A DNA stretch of 64,000 nucleotides, taken from assembly GCA_963846575.1 (NCBI GenBank), contig CAWJWJ010000002.1:2624001-2688000 (forward strand). Direction: 5' to 3'. A program made the translations under genes and the position numbers. Under the pieces are notes generated by a model that was not told the DNA's origin, made no database searches, and was given only the letters and a program-made list of their open reading frames with translations. Shown here piece after piece: positions 1 through 9,658 of this stretch. The DNA is from an uncultured Nitrospiraceae bacterium. Lineage in GTDB: Bacteria > Nitrospirota > Nitrospiria > Nitrospirales > Nitrospiraceae. Each line of letters starts with the position of its first letter. Position 1 is the first letter of the stretch.

Positions 1-517
1 CGTCGATATCAAGCGCATTGACGTCCCCCACCTCGAAGCGGTAGCGCTCCTTCGGCGCACCGGCGGATTCAAACCTGGCGACAGCCTGCTCGATCGCTCC
101 TTTCGAGATATCAACTCCGCTGACGAACCGAACCTTGCCGGAGCTGTAGAGCTGAATCTCATGGGCACCGTCTCCGCAACAGACGCTCAACGACCGGTCG
201 AAACTGTGGTGAGGTAAATAGTCCTTCAAGAGCCAGCCCAACCAGTGATTGGGCGTATCGGTCATCAAGCGGTAGGTGGCCTCTTCAACCAGCTTGTTGT
301 TGAGCCAGTACGAATTATCGGTTCTCATGGCCACAAACTGCTTGCCCCAATAGTCGGAGACACGATCCTGGCCGCTTCTGGCACCTCCCTTCTCCTGCCG
401 ATCTCCAGACCGGCCAGCGAGCTTGGCGTGCGCCCATTCCAGCGCACGCAACAAGCGCCTGATGCCCGGCTTCAACATGCTTCGCAGCTGTCGCTCTCCG
501 TACCTGCCCGGTCCCAT
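1..517 (-). CDS. Class I SAM-dependent methyltransferase (3' truncated by window edge; not in ORF track)
   Basis: Manual minus-strand translation: MGPGRYGERQLRSMLKPG...DRSLSVCCGDGAHEIQLY...VSGVDISKGAIEQA...FEVGDVNALDID, with motif I-like and GVDIS elements. GGGAGG precedes ATG 517; alternative ATG 478. Confidence 0.8.
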   Translation of the reverse strand, partial: MGPGRYGERQLRSMLKPGIRRLLRALEWAHAKLAGRSGDRQEKGGARSGQDRVSDYWGKQFVAMRTDNSYWLNNKLVEEATYRLMTDTPNHWLGWLLKDYLPHHSFDRSLSVCCGDGAHEIQLYSSGKVRFVSGVDISKGAIEQAVARFESAGAPKERYRFEVGDVNALDID

Positions 518-652
518 GCGCCTCCCTTACGGTCCATATCTCGATTACGCATCATTCCTCACGCGAAGAACGCCAGCGTGGGTCCCTGGAACGGCAAACA
601 GAGCTCATGCCGCAACACAACCGCAGGTCCGGCGTGATCCTCCGGGCGAAGC

Positions 653-1792
653 CTACCGGGGACGCCGGCCTTCGAAATAGAATCCTGCCGCAAGGGTGTT
701 CCGCCCCATCTCACCGAGCGCTCCGTCGAATTCCTCCGCTCCCGCCTGTAGCTCCTTCTGCCATTTCGCAATGGTATTGCGCCATTTTCTCGACGTGAGG
801 AACGGCGCGATCGCCTCAAATTGCATCAACAAACTTGCCGAGGGATATTGGTAGCTCTTGATGCCGCAGCGAATCTCCTCAAAGGGCGCCATAACCTGGC
901 GCAAACCATGCTGCGTCATATTGAAAAAATGCCAGGGGTCCCCGTGCAGGGGTTGCATGAATGCCGTATCGATGTGAATGAGGCCGCCGGGCCGGAGTAT
1001 GCGATGCAACTCCCTGGCGGTGTGATGCGGATCCCGGAGGTGCTCGAAGACGGCCTGACTCACAACGGCATCGAACGTATGGTCGCGGAACGGGAGCCGC
1101 ACACGGCTGCACACGAGATCGGTCCATTGGTACTGGACGGCATCTACGTAGACGACGTGAGGGCGCAGCAGTTCTTGGGGGGTGTGACCAGCCCCGAAAT
1201 CGAGGATCCGTCCCCCTTGATGGCGTCCGAGAATGTCGAGCACATCCGACGAATAGGGGTGGGTCGTCGTCTGCTCGCTCAGATGCAGGCAGGGAGTACC
1301 CTGCTCGTGAAGAAAGTGGGGCACCCCTCCTCGAATGCTGGCACGCACGCCACATCTGGAACAGGTCCATCCAAGATCATGTTTCACAAGAGTGGAATGG
1401 CACTCCGGACACACAAGGAGATCGAACAGGTCGAACGACCGGTCCCGCATGGCCGACGGTCGAGAGGCCCCGAGGGCGTAGGTGCGCCGAAACAGTGGTC
1501 GATCCTGTTCCTCCCCATCCAGCACCGCCACCTCCACCTCTTGTTTCTGAACATGGTCGCCCACCAGCAGGTCCCCTTGGAATCCGCTGACGATAGCCTG
1601 CGCCTGTGACGGGTGCACCGAGAAAACATCCGGACGAATACTTCCCCACTCAAGTGCGGCCTCCCGCTCTCCATTGCAGGTTACGTAGAGTTGAGGACGG
1701 CGACCATGGTCGGGAATGTACCATCCTGAAAATCGACTGAGCCGGTCCATCTTGTCTCCGGCGGGGGTTTCAAGATTGAATTTCACAGTCAT
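653..1792 (-). CDS. SAM-dependent methyltransferase with internal Trm112-like zinc ribbon
   Basis: CPEC...CSRC...GGVP zinc ribbon followed by ILDFGAG, LPFRDHTFDAV, FEHL, RILRPGG. Confidence 0.85.
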   Translation of the reverse strand: MTVKFNLETPAGDKMDRLSRFSGWYIPDHGRRPQLYVTCNGEREAALEWGSIRPDVFSVHPSQAQAIVSGFQGDLLVGDHVQKQEVEVAVLDGEEQDRPLFRRTYALGASRPSAMRDRSFDLFDLLVCPECHSTLVKHDLGWTCSRCGVRASIRGGVPHFLHEQGTPCLHLSEQTTTHPYSSDVLDILGRHQGGRILDFGAGHTPQELLRPHVVYVDAVQYQWTDLVCSRVRLPFRDHTFDAVVSQAVFEHLRDPHHTARELHRILRPGGLIHIDTAFMQPLHGDPWHFFNMTQHGLRQVMAPFEEIRCGIKSYQYPSASLLMQFEAIAPFLTSRKWRNTIAKWQKELQAGAEEFDGALGEMGRNTLAAGFYFEGRRPR

Positions 1793-4700
1793 GGCAACGG
1801 CTGCCCTCCTGTCAGCCAGGCTTCAGCGAAGATCTCTCCGTAGGCCCCGACCATTTCATCGAAGCCGGTTCCGAGCGCCAACACACTGGCGCTCTTCGCC
1901 GCCCTGTCACAGCGGAGCCGCTCATCCTGGATCAGGCGCTGCAACTGTGTGGCCAACGCAAGAGTATCTCCGGGCTCATAAAATGACGCATTGACTCCTT
2001 CCCTCACCTGTTCGCGAATCCCAAACACCGGGGTCGTGACAATGGGAAGACCGTAGGCCATCGCCTCAAGAACCACACGAGGATAACTCTCCAGCCTGGA
2101 AGTGCAGATGAACAGGTCCGCGGCACGGTAATACGGGGTCGTCTGGCGGGTTTCCGGCATGACGTGTATCCGACGACGAAGGGAAGACGATAGCCCTTTC
2201 ACCAACGCATGCAACTCGGCACTATAGTCTCCTGGCCGATCCCCTACGATGTAGCATCGGACTCGCTCCTGCAAATCCAGGGGAAGTTTAGACAGAGCGT
2301 GGACCAGATCCTGCTGTCCCTTCCTTGGACACACCGTGCCGAGCAGCAGCAGCACGATTTCACGCTCACAGGCCCCGATCGATGCCCGAGCCGCCGCCTT
2401 CGGCCACCCAGTACAGGCTTCCTCGATGCGGCTGGCGTCCAAACCGTTTCTGATCACGGTAAAATTGTGTCTGGTATTGAGTGGTGCATAGGCATCACGG
2501 GTGGCGTCGGAAACAAAGACCACCCGGTAGGGCCATGCAAAGCAATCGTAGGCCTTTTGAATGACGCCGTCAGGCAAATAATCAAAATACGTCTGCCAGG
2601 GCTCGCTTTCTCGAGGGTTCCACAGCGAAGGTAATTTGGCCTCATGCGCCGCCGCCACCGCATAAAAACTCTGCAGAGTATTGGCATAGACCAGTTCCGC
2701 TCCCCACGAGAGACACTTCGAGGCGAATACGCGGACAGCTTTTTCGTATTCCTTGAAATTCGTGACACCCCAGAGTGGATGCCGATCAATCATGACTGGA
2801 ATGCCCTGCTCCTCATAAAGCTGTCGAAGCGGACCATCGACGGGAGAGAACACCACGGGTTGAATGACCTTTCGCGCGGCCAGCGCTCTCGTCATTTCAT
2901 ACTGACTCCACGGCGCCCCCTCACAGTTCAGGCTGAGCGCTGTCATGACGGTCGGAATCGGTTTTTCCCGCCGCGCCGCGAGCTTGCGTGGGACAAGGGC
3001 AAAGCGTTCGTCATCGAGGGATAAGTATGGGCTATACCATCGATCCCGCCGCTGCGTGTATTTACGTTTGAACGCGGCGATTTCATCCGGATTGTCACGA
3101 AACCCGCGCGAGTAGCCTTCATAGTGAAGAAGTTCGGCCTCCGGACAGTAGACACATCGTGCCCCGGAATCTATCAGGCGATAGCAGTAGTCGACGTCGT
3201 TGTAGGCCACTCCAAATGCGACTTCGTTGAAGCCTCCGAGGTCGAGGAAACGCCGGCGTGAGGTGAGCAAGCAGGCCGCGGTCACGGCGGAGTAGTTTCG
3301 GACGACGGAGGCATAGGCCAGATACCCATGCTCCCACGATGGGGACAGCTTGAATGCCGGCCCGGCCAGCCCGTGATAGAGCCCATGAATCACACCGGCA
3401 TGCTGAATACGTCCGTCGGGAAAGATCAGCTTGGCCCCAACCGCGCCGACCCCTGCCATACGGGCATATCCGACCATTTGACTCAGCCATCGTGGCGCTT
3501 TCACTTCGGTATCGTTGTTGAGAAACAACACAAACTCGCTTTCCACTTCCTTTACCGCGCGATTATTGATAGCCGCGAAGTTAAACCGGTCCGCCGGATT
3601 AGGAATGCGGATGACGCGATGGGGAAGGGAACTCAGATACGCCAAGGTTTCAGGGTCGTCACTCTCGTTGTCTATCACCACAATTTCATAGTTGTGATAG
3701 GTCGTCCGGCGCAGCGACTCGATACATCGGCGGAGCACGGCCGTCTGATTCTTCGTCGGAATGAGAACCGCCACTTTCGGGCCTTCATCAGGAAACTCGT
3801 GAGCATAGATTCCCAGATTCCCCTTGGCGGCAAAATCCGGCTGCCTCACCTGCGCAACAATACCCCGGCGTATGAGGGCTTCGGCGACAGCCCGCCTACC
3901 AGCCTCGAGACTGCCCGGTTTCGCGGCGCCGCTCGAAGCCGTTGATCCGGGCAGGGCGCGCCAGTGATACAGTATCTTGGAAATGTGCCCGATCGCAGAG
4001 GTTCGTTCAGCCATCCGCAAAGCCAGATCATAATCTTGTGCCCCCTCGAACCCTCCGCGCATGGCACCGCAGGAGGTGAACAGTGCGCGCCGCATCACGA
4101 ATACATGACTGATGTACATGTAGGACAGGAGTAACTCCGGCGACCAATCGGGCTTGAATTGCGGAGCATACCGGCGCCCGTGCATGTCGATTTTGTCGTC
4201 ATCTGAATAGAGCGCATCCATATCCTGGTGTTCGCCAAGGTAGAGCGCGACTTCTCCGATGGCGTCCGGCGTCAGCTCGTCGTCATGATCGAAAAACAGC
4301 AGGAATGGGCCCGTGGCCAGCGCTACCGCTTCATTGGTTGCCTCGCTGATATTGACGTTCCGTTCCAGGAACTTGACCCGGATTCGAGGGTCCTCGGCAC
4401 TCCAGCGCTCGAGCGCGACTCGCACGTCCTTGTTCGTACTGCAGTCATCCGCGATGCAAAGTTCCCATCCAGGCCACACCTGCGCCTTTACCGAGGCAAC
4501 AGCCCTACCAAGAAACTCCATGGGCGGATCGTGCACCGGCATGACTATTGATATCTTAGGCAAACGGTGGGCCTGACGACCCAGGCGATCAAGCAACTCA
4601 TCGCGCATGCGGCTGTTCCATGCATTGACTCGCAACCAGGCATCGTACGGCGGGAGGACATCTTCGATAGTTTTCGGCGCAGGCGAGGTGCGTTGGGCGA

Positions 4701-4863
4701 GAATCCTGAACCTAAAGAACGCTTTTCGCAGCAGATCGGAGAATTCTAACCCTCGTGGTAGGCGGCCATGCCGTCGGTACCACGAGAGTCCCTCTGCGAG
4801 GGAAAACCGTGCAAACCGTAAAACCTTCAGGAGTCGTTGCATCACAGGATTCCTGGGGGACAT
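1789..4863 (-). CDS. Multidomain glycosyltransferase (GT2-GT2-GT4), probable glycan polymerase
   Basis: Two GT-A domains (ISIVMPVH..DDCS..FDHDD; VAVLIPTK..VIDNES..FLNNDTE..YNDVDYC) and a C-terminal GT-B domain (ESYPRVVLEAMAYGLP). Confidence 0.9.
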   Translation of the reverse strand: MSPRNPVMQRLLKVLRFARFSLAEGLSWYRRHGRLPRGLEFSDLLRKAFFRFRILAQRTSPAPKTIEDVLPPYDAWLRVNAWNSRMRDELLDRLGRQAHRLPKISIVMPVHDPPMEFLGRAVASVKAQVWPGWELCIADDCSTNKDVRVALERWSAEDPRIRVKFLERNVNISEATNEAVALATGPFLLFFDHDDELTPDAIGEVALYLGEHQDMDALYSDDDKIDMHGRRYAPQFKPDWSPELLLSYMYISHVFVMRRALFTSCGAMRGGFEGAQDYDLALRMAERTSAIGHISKILYHWRALPGSTASSGAAKPGSLEAGRRAVAEALIRRGIVAQVRQPDFAAKGNLGIYAHEFPDEGPKVAVLIPTKNQTAVLRRCIESLRRTTYHNYEIVVIDNESDDPETLAYLSSLPHRVIRIPNPADRFNFAAINNRAVKEVESEFVLFLNNDTEVKAPRWLSQMVGYARMAGVGAVGAKLIFPDGRIQHAGVIHGLYHGLAGPAFKLSPSWEHGYLAYASVVRNYSAVTAACLLTSRRRFLDLGGFNEVAFGVAYNDVDYCYRLIDSGARCVYCPEAELLHYEGYSRGFRDNPDEIAAFKRKYTQRRDRWYSPYLSLDDERFALVPRKLAARREKPIPTVMTALSLNCEGAPWSQYEMTRALAARKVIQPVVFSPVDGPLRQLYEEQGIPVMIDRHPLWGVTNFKEYEKAVRVFASKCLSWGAELVYANTLQSFYAVAAAHEAKLPSLWNPRESEPWQTYFDYLPDGVIQKAYDCFAWPYRVVFVSDATRDAYAPLNTRHNFTVIRNGLDASRIEEACTGWPKAAARASIGACEREIVLLLLGTVCPRKGQQDLVHALSKLPLDLQERVRCYIVGDRPGDYSAELHALVKGLSSSLRRRIHVMPETRQTTPYYRAADLFICTSRLESYPRVVLEAMAYGLPIVTTPVFGIREQVREGVNASFYEPGDTLALATQLQRLIQDERLRCDRAAKSASVLALGTGFDEMVGAYGEIFAEAWLTGGQPLP

Positions 4864-4960
4864 CGCGGCAGAGCTTCGTCAGGCCTCGACAGACACTTGA
4901 GTACGCAAAGGAACACCATGTCCGGCGGCATCCTGATGCGACCCTTCAATGAGCGCACGG

Positions 4961-5902
4961 CTAGGGCTGGTTCTCATTGGGTCTTCCGGCAATGGCCCGA
5001 ACTAGGTTTGCCGCGGCGCGTAGCGGTCGAGTCGTCTTCCATGAGTGGGAGTTCAGCATGGACTGGATCGCCGCTTTCAGCCCGGTCACCTCGGTCTCCA
5101 AACCGGCGATTCGTCGCTGGGCAAGGTCCAGCTGATGCCGCAGGAGTCTGATTTCAGGGTCCGATTCGCCAAGATCCTCAAACAAACTGGAAGCTAATAC
5201 GGGCAGGTCCCTGTCCGATGCCACGGCCACCTGGTAGCAAGGACGGGCGAGACCGCTGGCCCTCTGAATTGCTGCGCTCTGGTCGCGATAATACTGAGTG
5301 GCCTCTCCGCACCGGCCTTCCGGCACGATTGCGGACGCGTAGAGCACACGCTGTCCCAGCATGGCGACATGCGTGAAGTAGCGCTCAACCAAACCTTGGA
5401 ATTCATCCGCGTACAGTTCCTTCACATGATAGGCATTGGCATGCTTGGCGCGCTCCGTATACTCCAGCTTGTCGGGACTGGACATGATCATCAGGCCACC
5501 CGGCCGCAAGACGCGTTTGATTTCCGCAAACATCGCCTCATGCTCGGTATGGTGTTCAATGGTCTCAAAACTCACCACCACGTCCACCATGCCGGCGGCT
5601 AAGGGAATCCGGTCGCAACGACCGATGAGGAACTCGATGTTTGACCGCTGATAGGCTGCCTTCGCATGCGCAATGGCGTCAGGCGCAATGTCCACTCCAT
5701 ATACGCGCCTCGCCACGCCCCCAAGGACGGCTGAGCCGTAGCCTTCCCCGCAGGCAATGTCCAAGACGATTTTCCCCGCAGCAAGATCCTTGGCCAACGC
5801 GTAGCGATGCAAATGTTCAAGAGCGATCGTGCCCTGCATCTCGGGGAGGAATCGTTCACCGGTTGCCTCAAGGTCCGGCACTGCCCTGCAGGTTTCAGTC
5901 AT
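4961..5902 (-). CDS. SAM-dependent methyltransferase with C-terminal coiled coil (WbdD-like chain-terminator architecture)
   Basis: TGERFLP..EHLHRY..VLDIACGEGYGS..SFETIEH, heptad-like tail ending SHSWKTTRPLR. Start set at ATG 5902, overlapping the upstream stop. Confidence 0.85.
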   Translation of the reverse strand: MTETCRAVPDLEATGERFLPEMQGTIALEHLHRYALAKDLAAGKIVLDIACGEGYGSAVLGGVARRVYGVDIAPDAIAHAKAAYQRSNIEFLIGRCDRIPLAAGMVDVVVSFETIEHHTEHEAMFAEIKRVLRPGGLMIMSSPDKLEYTERAKHANAYHVKELYADEFQGLVERYFTHVAMLGQRVLYASAIVPEGRCGEATQYYRDQSAAIQRASGLARPCYQVAVASDRDLPVLASSLFEDLGESDPEIRLLRHQLDLAQRRIAGLETEVTGLKAAIQSMLNSHSWKTTRPLRAAANLVRAIAGRPNENQP

Positions 5903-6621
5903 CGCAGTCCCCCTTGTGTCTCTTCCCGTTCCGACAGGCTTGCGACAAGCGCGACGCCTGCAGGATACCGATAGGGCACCATTCGGCACTCATCGAACCC
6001 GCTCTCCAGGATCTGACACCAGACATCGGCTCCGAACTCGGTGTGAACGGTCAATGACGAATCGTTACAGCCTTCGCTGCCATGCACGCTCCGTGGCAAC
6101 CCTGCCCTATCTCTCGTCAGGCGCCCCATCACCACAGGAACGGTAAAGATACAGGCTCCCCCGGGTCGAATCAGCCGCCGGCATTCCCGCAGCCCCTGAC
6201 GGGCATCCGGCACATGCTCCAAGGTATCGGAATGGACGACGAGGTCGAACGAGCCGCTTTCAAAAGGCAAGGCCATCATGTCAAACTCCGGATACCGCAC
6301 CAGGCGATGACCCGGCAGTTTCGTCAGCATGCTGGTAAGCCCGCCGGCCTCATTGATCTCCAGGAGCTTGCACGTTCGACTGGATTCGGCTTGCACCCAG
6401 TCGTTCAACGTCGAAGTCCCGTGAACATGGCGCAAGATCGCCTGCGCAAGGGCGATCGACCGAACGTTCGAACCACAGGCGGTGCAGCAGGTCCCCTGCT
6501 GCACGTTGATATAGTCGGCCTCCCGCTTGGACAATCCCCATTCAGCGATCAGGTCGCCCCACAACACGTCGTGATGGGAAAAGCTGCCTCCGCCGCAGAC
6601 CCTACAGAGCGACGGAGTCAT
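5899..6621 (-). CDS. SAM-dependent methyltransferase with N-terminal CxxC/CxxC motif
   Basis: CRVC...CTAC, LPFESGSFDLVVHSDTLEHV, RLIRPGG. Start ATG 6621 chosen to minimise overlap with wzt. Confidence 0.8.
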   Translation of the reverse strand: MTPSLCRVCGGGSFSHHDVLWGDLIAEWGLSKREADYINVQQGTCCTACGSNVRSIALAQAILRHVHGTSTLNDWVQAESSRTCKLLEINEAGGLTSMLTKLPGHRLVRYPEFDMMALPFESGSFDLVVHSDTLEHVPDARQGLRECRRLIRPGGACIFTVPVVMGRLTRDRAGLPRSVHGSEGCNDSSLTVHTEFGADVWCQILESGFDECRMVPYRYPAGVALVASLSEREETQGGLR

Positions 6622-7975
6622 TGGTTCTTTGATCCCGAACATCCTGCGCAGCACTCCGGCATACCTCAGCATGCAACAGCTCAACGGCGAATAAGCCAAA
6701 GGTTAATTCGGTCGGGGCCGACGTGAAAGCCAAGGCATCATGAATCCAATGGTGTTGTACATGCTGCTCCTGGGTTCCGTCAGCAAGCGCCACGCTCAGT
6801 GAGTAGTCTCCCGGTTGAAGGACCGGCAGGACAAACTCCAACAACACGCTGAACTCTGTCGCCGGTGCAAGAGCCTCCGATGTCCCTTGCCGCGTCAGCA
6901 AGGTATTGGCCCCGAAGAGAGCTTGCCCCAATCGATCTCGCACGATAAATCCGACGATTGGACTTCTAAGCCATACGGAGGTCCGGCACCAGATTCGAAG
7001 CGCTACCTTTTCGGGTTTCGTGATGGTCCGGATCGGACGTCCGAGCATGTCATTGAATTGCAGGCTCTCGATCCACGCGTCTCGATCCGTCGACCTGTTC
7101 GTCCCGTTCCGGTGTAGGAAGGAACACAGCTCCCGCGCGTCAGCCTGTGTCTGTCCAGAAGCGAAGTCAGCATTCGACGCGGACACTGTTTCACGGCAAT
7201 TCGTCCCCACCTGCGTAAGGCCAGACGCCTCATGCAGATACCTATCACACACCGCCTTCGCTTCACCGATCGCGGCCACCTGGCCCCGCTCGAGCCACAG
7301 AGCCTTTCGACATAAACTCAGCACCGCTGCCGAGTCATGACTCACGAATAACACCGTGCCCTGCTGCATGAATGTCCTTAGAAAGCGCATGCACTTTTGA
7401 ACAAAAAACGCGTCTCCGACGGCCAGCGCCTCATCGATCACCAGAATGTCGGCCTTCACATGTGCCATCACCGAGAACGCCAGCCTCACCACCATGCCGC
7501 TCGAGTAGGTTTTTACGGGCTGATCGATTGACGCTCCGATGTCAGCAAATGCAAGCATCTCGTCCAGCTGCGCTTCGATATCCTGCTGAGACAGGCCCAG
7601 CAACGCCCCGTTCAAGAATACGTTTTCGCGCCCCGTAAATTCCGGATGAAAGCCGGCCCCGAGTTCCAACAAGGCGGCGACTCGACCGTTCATCTCCACG
7701 GTTCCGCCGGTCGGACTCAGTGTGCCCACGATCAACTGCAGGAGCGTAGACTTCCCGGACCCGTTCCGCCCGATTATGCCAAGCGTCTCCCCCTTCTTCA
7801 CCTCGAACCAGACATTTTCGACAGCAGGAATTTCCCGGAAGTACCTCCCGGGCCGGCGGCCAAAACACCTTTGCAAAGGAGGCAGGATCCACTGCTTAAC
7901 TCGATCGTGCGGCCGCTCATATTGCCGATACGTCTTGCAGAGACCCCGAACCCTGATCGCCCATTCAGAGGACAT
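6602..7975 (-). CDS. wzt: Polysaccharide ABC exporter ATP-binding subunit with Wzt_C carbohydrate-binding domain
   Basis: GRNGSGKST, LELGAGFHPEFTGREN, YSSGM, DEALAVGD; C-terminal PGDYSLSVALA domain. Confidence 0.9.
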   Translation of the reverse strand: MSSEWAIRVRGLCKTYRQYERPHDRVKQWILPPLQRCFGRRPGRYFREIPAVENVWFEVKKGETLGIIGRNGSGKSTLLQLIVGTLSPTGGTVEMNGRVAALLELGAGFHPEFTGRENVFLNGALLGLSQQDIEAQLDEMLAFADIGASIDQPVKTYSSGMVVRLAFSVMAHVKADILVIDEALAVGDAFFVQKCMRFLRTFMQQGTVLFVSHDSAAVLSLCRKALWLERGQVAAIGEAKAVCDRYLHEASGLTQVGTNCRETVSASNADFASGQTQADARELCSFLHRNGTNRSTDRDAWIESLQFNDMLGRPIRTITKPEKVALRIWCRTSVWLRSPIVGFIVRDRLGQALFGANTLLTRQGTSEALAPATEFSVLLEFVLPVLQPGDYSLSVALADGTQEQHVQHHWIHDALAFTSAPTELTFGLFAVELLHAEVCRSAAQDVRDQRTNDSVAL

Positions 7976-8789
7976 CGGCAAACGCCTTCCGTGTCTTCTG
8001 AAACCATAGCAACCCGCACCAGGCAACCAGATAGCTGCAGACGCAGTACAGGCCTATGCCGGCCCACAAGGGGGCCTTTCCTCGAATGAGCAGATCCTGC
8101 GATTGCGTGATGAGAAACGTCAGCGGATTCGCATAGAGCAGCACTCGATAGGCCTCCGGAAACGCCGTGGCGGGGTAGAAGACCGGCGAGAGAAACAACA
8201 TGACCGCGGTAAGCGGTCCGACCGCCTGTCCGATATCCCGCACAAACACCCCGGCCGAAGCAAGAAACCAGGAGATTCCCATGGTTATTAAGGCCAGCGG
8301 CAGCAGCAACAGCGGCAGTAACAGCATCGTCCAGTGCAGCGCGTGATGTATCACGCCGTAGGCCGCAATCAACACCAGCGCACTGATCGTGGCGTGAAAC
8401 AGCGCCGCCCCAAGCGAGGTCCAAGCCAGAATTTCCAAGGGAAAGACGATCTTCTTCACGTAACTGTTATGGTTGTGGATCAGCTGAGGCGCGCGATGAA
8501 CGCTCTCCGAGAATAGGCCATGCACGATCAGACCGGAGAACAGCAGGAGGCCGAAATCAAGGGCGCTTTCTCCCTCTCCTCCCCACCGCATGCCCAAAGC
8601 CCCCCTGAACACAATCGTGTACACGGTTAGCATGACCATGGGATGCAGAAAAGCCCACAGAACCCCAAGCACCGACCCCCGATACCGGAGGATGATCTCC
8701 CGCCTGGTCAGTTGCCGAATCAAATTCCAGTGCGACGAGATACTCGTGAGCACCATGAGCGGCGAGAAATCATTTCGCTGTGTCCCCAT
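7965..8789 (-). CDS. wzm: Polysaccharide ABC exporter permease
   Basis: RYRGSVLGVLW, YVKKIVFP, VFVRDIGQ, FLSPVFYP, NPLT, FADVL. Start at MGTQRND. Confidence 0.9.
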   Translation of the reverse strand: MGTQRNDFSPLMVLTSISSHWNLIRQLTRREIILRYRGSVLGVLWAFLHPMVMLTVYTIVFRGALGMRWGGEGESALDFGLLLFSGLIVHGLFSESVHRAPQLIHNHNSYVKKIVFPLEILAWTSLGAALFHATISALVLIAAYGVIHHALHWTMLLLPLLLLPLALITMGISWFLASAGVFVRDIGQAVGPLTAVMLFLSPVFYPATAFPEAYRVLLYANPLTFLITQSQDLLIRGKAPLWAGIGLYCVCSYLVAWCGLLWFQKTRKAFADVL

Positions 8790-8892
8790 TTCGTCGTCCT
8801 TCGCTCTCCAATACCTGCAGCCACCCTTGGCTCGATACGAGTAGGATTCGATCGCTGAACTCTCCGGAGCCCTCTGCGGAACCGAGCTGGGC

Positions 8893-9657
8893 CTAGAAGT
8901 CCCGCTGTTGAAATACCAGACAGGCGCCGCTGAGGAGGACTCCGGCATACAACAATCCATACAACGAGGCGAGCATCAGGTGTTCCGGCGCCACCAGAAT
9001 ACCGACGGCGGCCTGCCCCTTAATATTCAGCATCTCCAGATTCGGACAGAGGTAATACAATCCGTTCACCACCGCCTTCACAAGGGCGCTCTCGTTATTC
9101 GCCACCATTCCTCTCAGATCCGCCGTCAGGTGCCCGATGACGTACAACCCCAAGGTGAAAATCGCACTGAGCGTCGTGGAGCTGAAAGTCGAAAAAAAGA
9201 GCGCAATCGCAGTGATCACGAGAACCTCGACAAAAATCAGCTGCACGGCTTGAAAGAGCGCGGGTTCGACTGGCACGTGGTACAGCCAGAGCGTGACGAG
9301 CAACACGCCCAGCATCACGGCCAGATTCACGAAGAGCGTCAGGACCAATCCCAGATACTTTCCCAGTATGAAGAAGGTCCGGCTGATGGGCCGGGCCATG
9401 ATGGTATAAATCGTGCGCCGCTCGATCTCCTTGTTGACCAAGCTAATGCCGACGAATATCGCAATAATGACACCGATCAGATTGATCGCCGCCAACCCCA
9501 TATCGACAATGACCTTGTGGTGCTCGGTAATCGTGAGGTCCGCCAGTAGCACCGAAAGTCCGATGAGCAATCCTGCAAACAACACCAGATTGTAGAGAAT
9601 CTTATCTCGAAGACTTTCACGGAACGCATTCAACGCGATAACCCCGATCGCACCCAT
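8893..9657 (-). CDS. ABC transporter permease, PilI-like
   Basis: IALNAFRESLRDK, KEIERRTIYTIMARPISR..GKYLG, FQQRDF; six hydrophobic segments; downstream of pilin. Confidence 0.8.
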   Translation of the reverse strand: MGAIGVIALNAFRESLRDKILYNLVLFAGLLIGLSVLLADLTITEHHKVIVDMGLAAINLIGVIIAIFVGISLVNKEIERRTIYTIMARPISRTFFILGKYLGLVLTLFVNLAVMLGVLLVTLWLYHVPVEPALFQAVQLIFVEVLVITAIALFFSTFSSTTLSAIFTLGLYVIGHLTADLRGMVANNESALVKAVVNGLYYLCPNLEMLNIKGQAAVGILVAPEHLMLASLYGLLYAGVLLSGACLVFQQRDF

Positions 9658-9658
9658 G

